Position numbers and translations under genes: made by a program. 64,000 nt of DNA from the human T2T-CHM13v2.0 reference genome, Homo sapiens: NCBI RefSeq assembly GCF_009914755.1, contig NC_060941.1. One strand, given 5' to 3'. Positions 62,319-64,000 of this stretch are shown in pieces; within the stretch, counting starts at the first letter, position 1, and every line of letters begins with the position of its first letter. The notes below the pieces were generated by a model. It ran no database searches, was not told the DNA's origin, and saw only the letters and a list, made by a program, of their open reading frames with translations.

Positions 62319-63272
62319 GTGGCCAGGCATTCAAAGAGAGCAGTCTGGGAACATAGATCAAAGGCCATGGAAACGGGTATTCAGGTTTGGGGCAGAGGAG
62401 CCTCACTGCAGGTGCAGCAGAAGGCGTGAGCAGCAGCTCTGCTGGACGGGGAGGGCCAGGCGCTGGGACCTTTGGGAGGTGGCCCCATCCTCTGCCTCCT
62501 TCACCTCTTGTCATGAGGCCTCACCTCCCCTGGCTCCTCACCTGTACTGCCGCGGCAGTGACAGCAATGTGCAGCCAGCAACTGCTGGCCTGCTTATCGG
62601 TATGGGTCTCCCCATGGCTCTAAGTGTGAGTTATAAAGAACATACACAAACTACAACTGAGAAGCTGGTCGAATGTTCAGTTAAATCCAGTAACAGTGCT
62701 CCTTTAATTAAGGAGATATTAAAGAAGAACAAGAAGCAGATGGCATTGATTTCTGGCTTGCATCCACAGAAAGAGAACAGGAAAAATAAGAAATTTTAAT
62801 GCCTGCAATTGGAGTTATACTGAGGTTTCCAGCATCCAGACAGGCAAATGCCTGGACAGCTGCTTAGGGCAGATGGGTCCTTTGACAGCTTAATACTGCA
62901 GAGTTTCTGGTGACTTCATAGTTAGGGCAGCCAACGTGAGACCATCTGTTTAGTAGTGGGCAGAAAAGCTCAGTACCAGCAGGTAGCTGCTGCTGAGAAT
63001 GAAACGCAAACCAAAAGTCAGCCACACTCAAAACCTCTGTAAACCACTGGCACTACAACCACAGAAAAAGAAACCTCACCTTAGGCTAATGTGATATATA
63101 CAACAAGACCATACAGAAAGATAATATTCCAAGAGGCTATATTTGGGATTGTTTCAATATATTGAAATGCTATGAGAGATTGTTCACTTGGACAGTTCTT
63201 CTGTTCTTTTCTACTTTTCTAAGCAGGAAAGCAAAATAATAATGAATTCAGAGAAAACTAGCTGCCACTTAT
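62319..63272 (+). pseudogene. Probable decayed processed pseudogene, parent not identified
   Basis: Abrupt GC-rich, TpG/CpA-rich 5' part grading into purine-rich coding-like sequence with stops in all frames; flanking direct repeat tattaaaatga (62308-62318, 63273-63283); no clear poly(A). Confidence 0.45.
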
Positions 63273-63684
63273 TATTAAAATGAAAAAATTTTAGATCAGT
63301 AACACATATATTGGTCGCAGAAGGTTTAACCATGAAAAACAAATAAATCTCCCTTCTACCTCTTTCTCCCTGTACTGAGGTGTCTCAGTTCCCTCTCTAG
63401 AGACAAACACTGTTATCTATTTCCTGAATATCTTCCCAGATATAGCCTGTATTATACATAATCATATGTGTGTATACATATCTATCTGTACCTATATCTA
63501 TACATTGTTTAGTAGGAGAAAAAGGCAAGGTACAGATGGTATGTGTAGCACATCACCATTTTTGTAAAAAAAAAGTCATAGGAGATATCTATATATCTAT
63601 CTATATAAATAGAGATATATCTACCTATAATATAGTTATCCAGTGATAGATACGGATATCTTCCGGTTTAACTTCTTGCCAGGT

Positions 63685-63970
63685 GCTTGTAATCCCAGCA
63701 CTTTGGGAGGCTGAGGCGGGTGGATCACCTGAGGTCAGGAGTTTAAGACCAGCCTGGCCAAAATGGTGAAACCCCATCTCTACTAAAACTATAAAAATTA
63801 GCCATGTTGGCAGGTGCCTGTAATCCCAGCTACTCGGGAGGCTGAGGCAGGAGAATTGCTTGAACCTGGGAAGGTGGAGGTTGCAGTGAGCCAAGATTGT
63901 GCCACTGCACTCCAGCCTGGGTGACAGAGCAAAACCCTGTCTCAAAAAAAAAAAAAAAAAAAAAAAAGAA
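63685..63970 (+). mobile_element. AluS, slightly 5'-truncated
   Basis: Starts at tgtaatcccagcactttggg; long poly(A). Confidence 0.93.
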
Positions 63971-64000
63971 ATCTCGTTTCAACTTCTTTACACAAATGGT

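Noticed and set aside
62479-63200. Assigning the putative pseudogene to ZFAND5/6 (YKEH motif), SUZ12 or a KH-domain gene (TAGLLIG)
   Set aside because: Only short scattered resemblances without colinear alignment; no gene symbol can be supported

Overview
Catarrhine-primate (most likely human) genomic DNA, intronic or intergenic in character. It holds roughly 50 Alu elements or fragments (AluJ/S/Y and free monomers), old L1 (L1PA, L1MA/MB/MC/ME), L2 and MIR remnants, MaLR and ERV1 solo LTRs (MLT1, MER57) and DNA-transposon fossils (MER58A/B, MER104, MER5A). Repeat names come from recalled consensus sequences, not a database search, and repeat boundaries are approximate. I could not recognise any protein-coding gene or place the locus; most supplied ORFs come from Alu, L1 or microsatellite sequence, or look like chance ORFs. 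Notable items: (1) two long near-perfect inverted duplications (50-bp arms at 20.9 kb, 98-bp arms at 23.5 kb) and several smaller template-switch-like scars; (2) a CpG-decayed retrocopy of the 28S rRNA 3' terminus at 58.2 kb; (3) a tRNA-Ile-headed ancient SINE at 33.9 kb; (4) a probable decayed processed pseudogene of unidentified parent at 62.3-63.3 kb; (5) a chain of minus-strand splice-signal-bounded segments suggesting a spliced non-coding transcript, one a 120-nt stop-free exon tightly bracketed by inverted Alus. No new multi-gene system can be supported from sequence alone.
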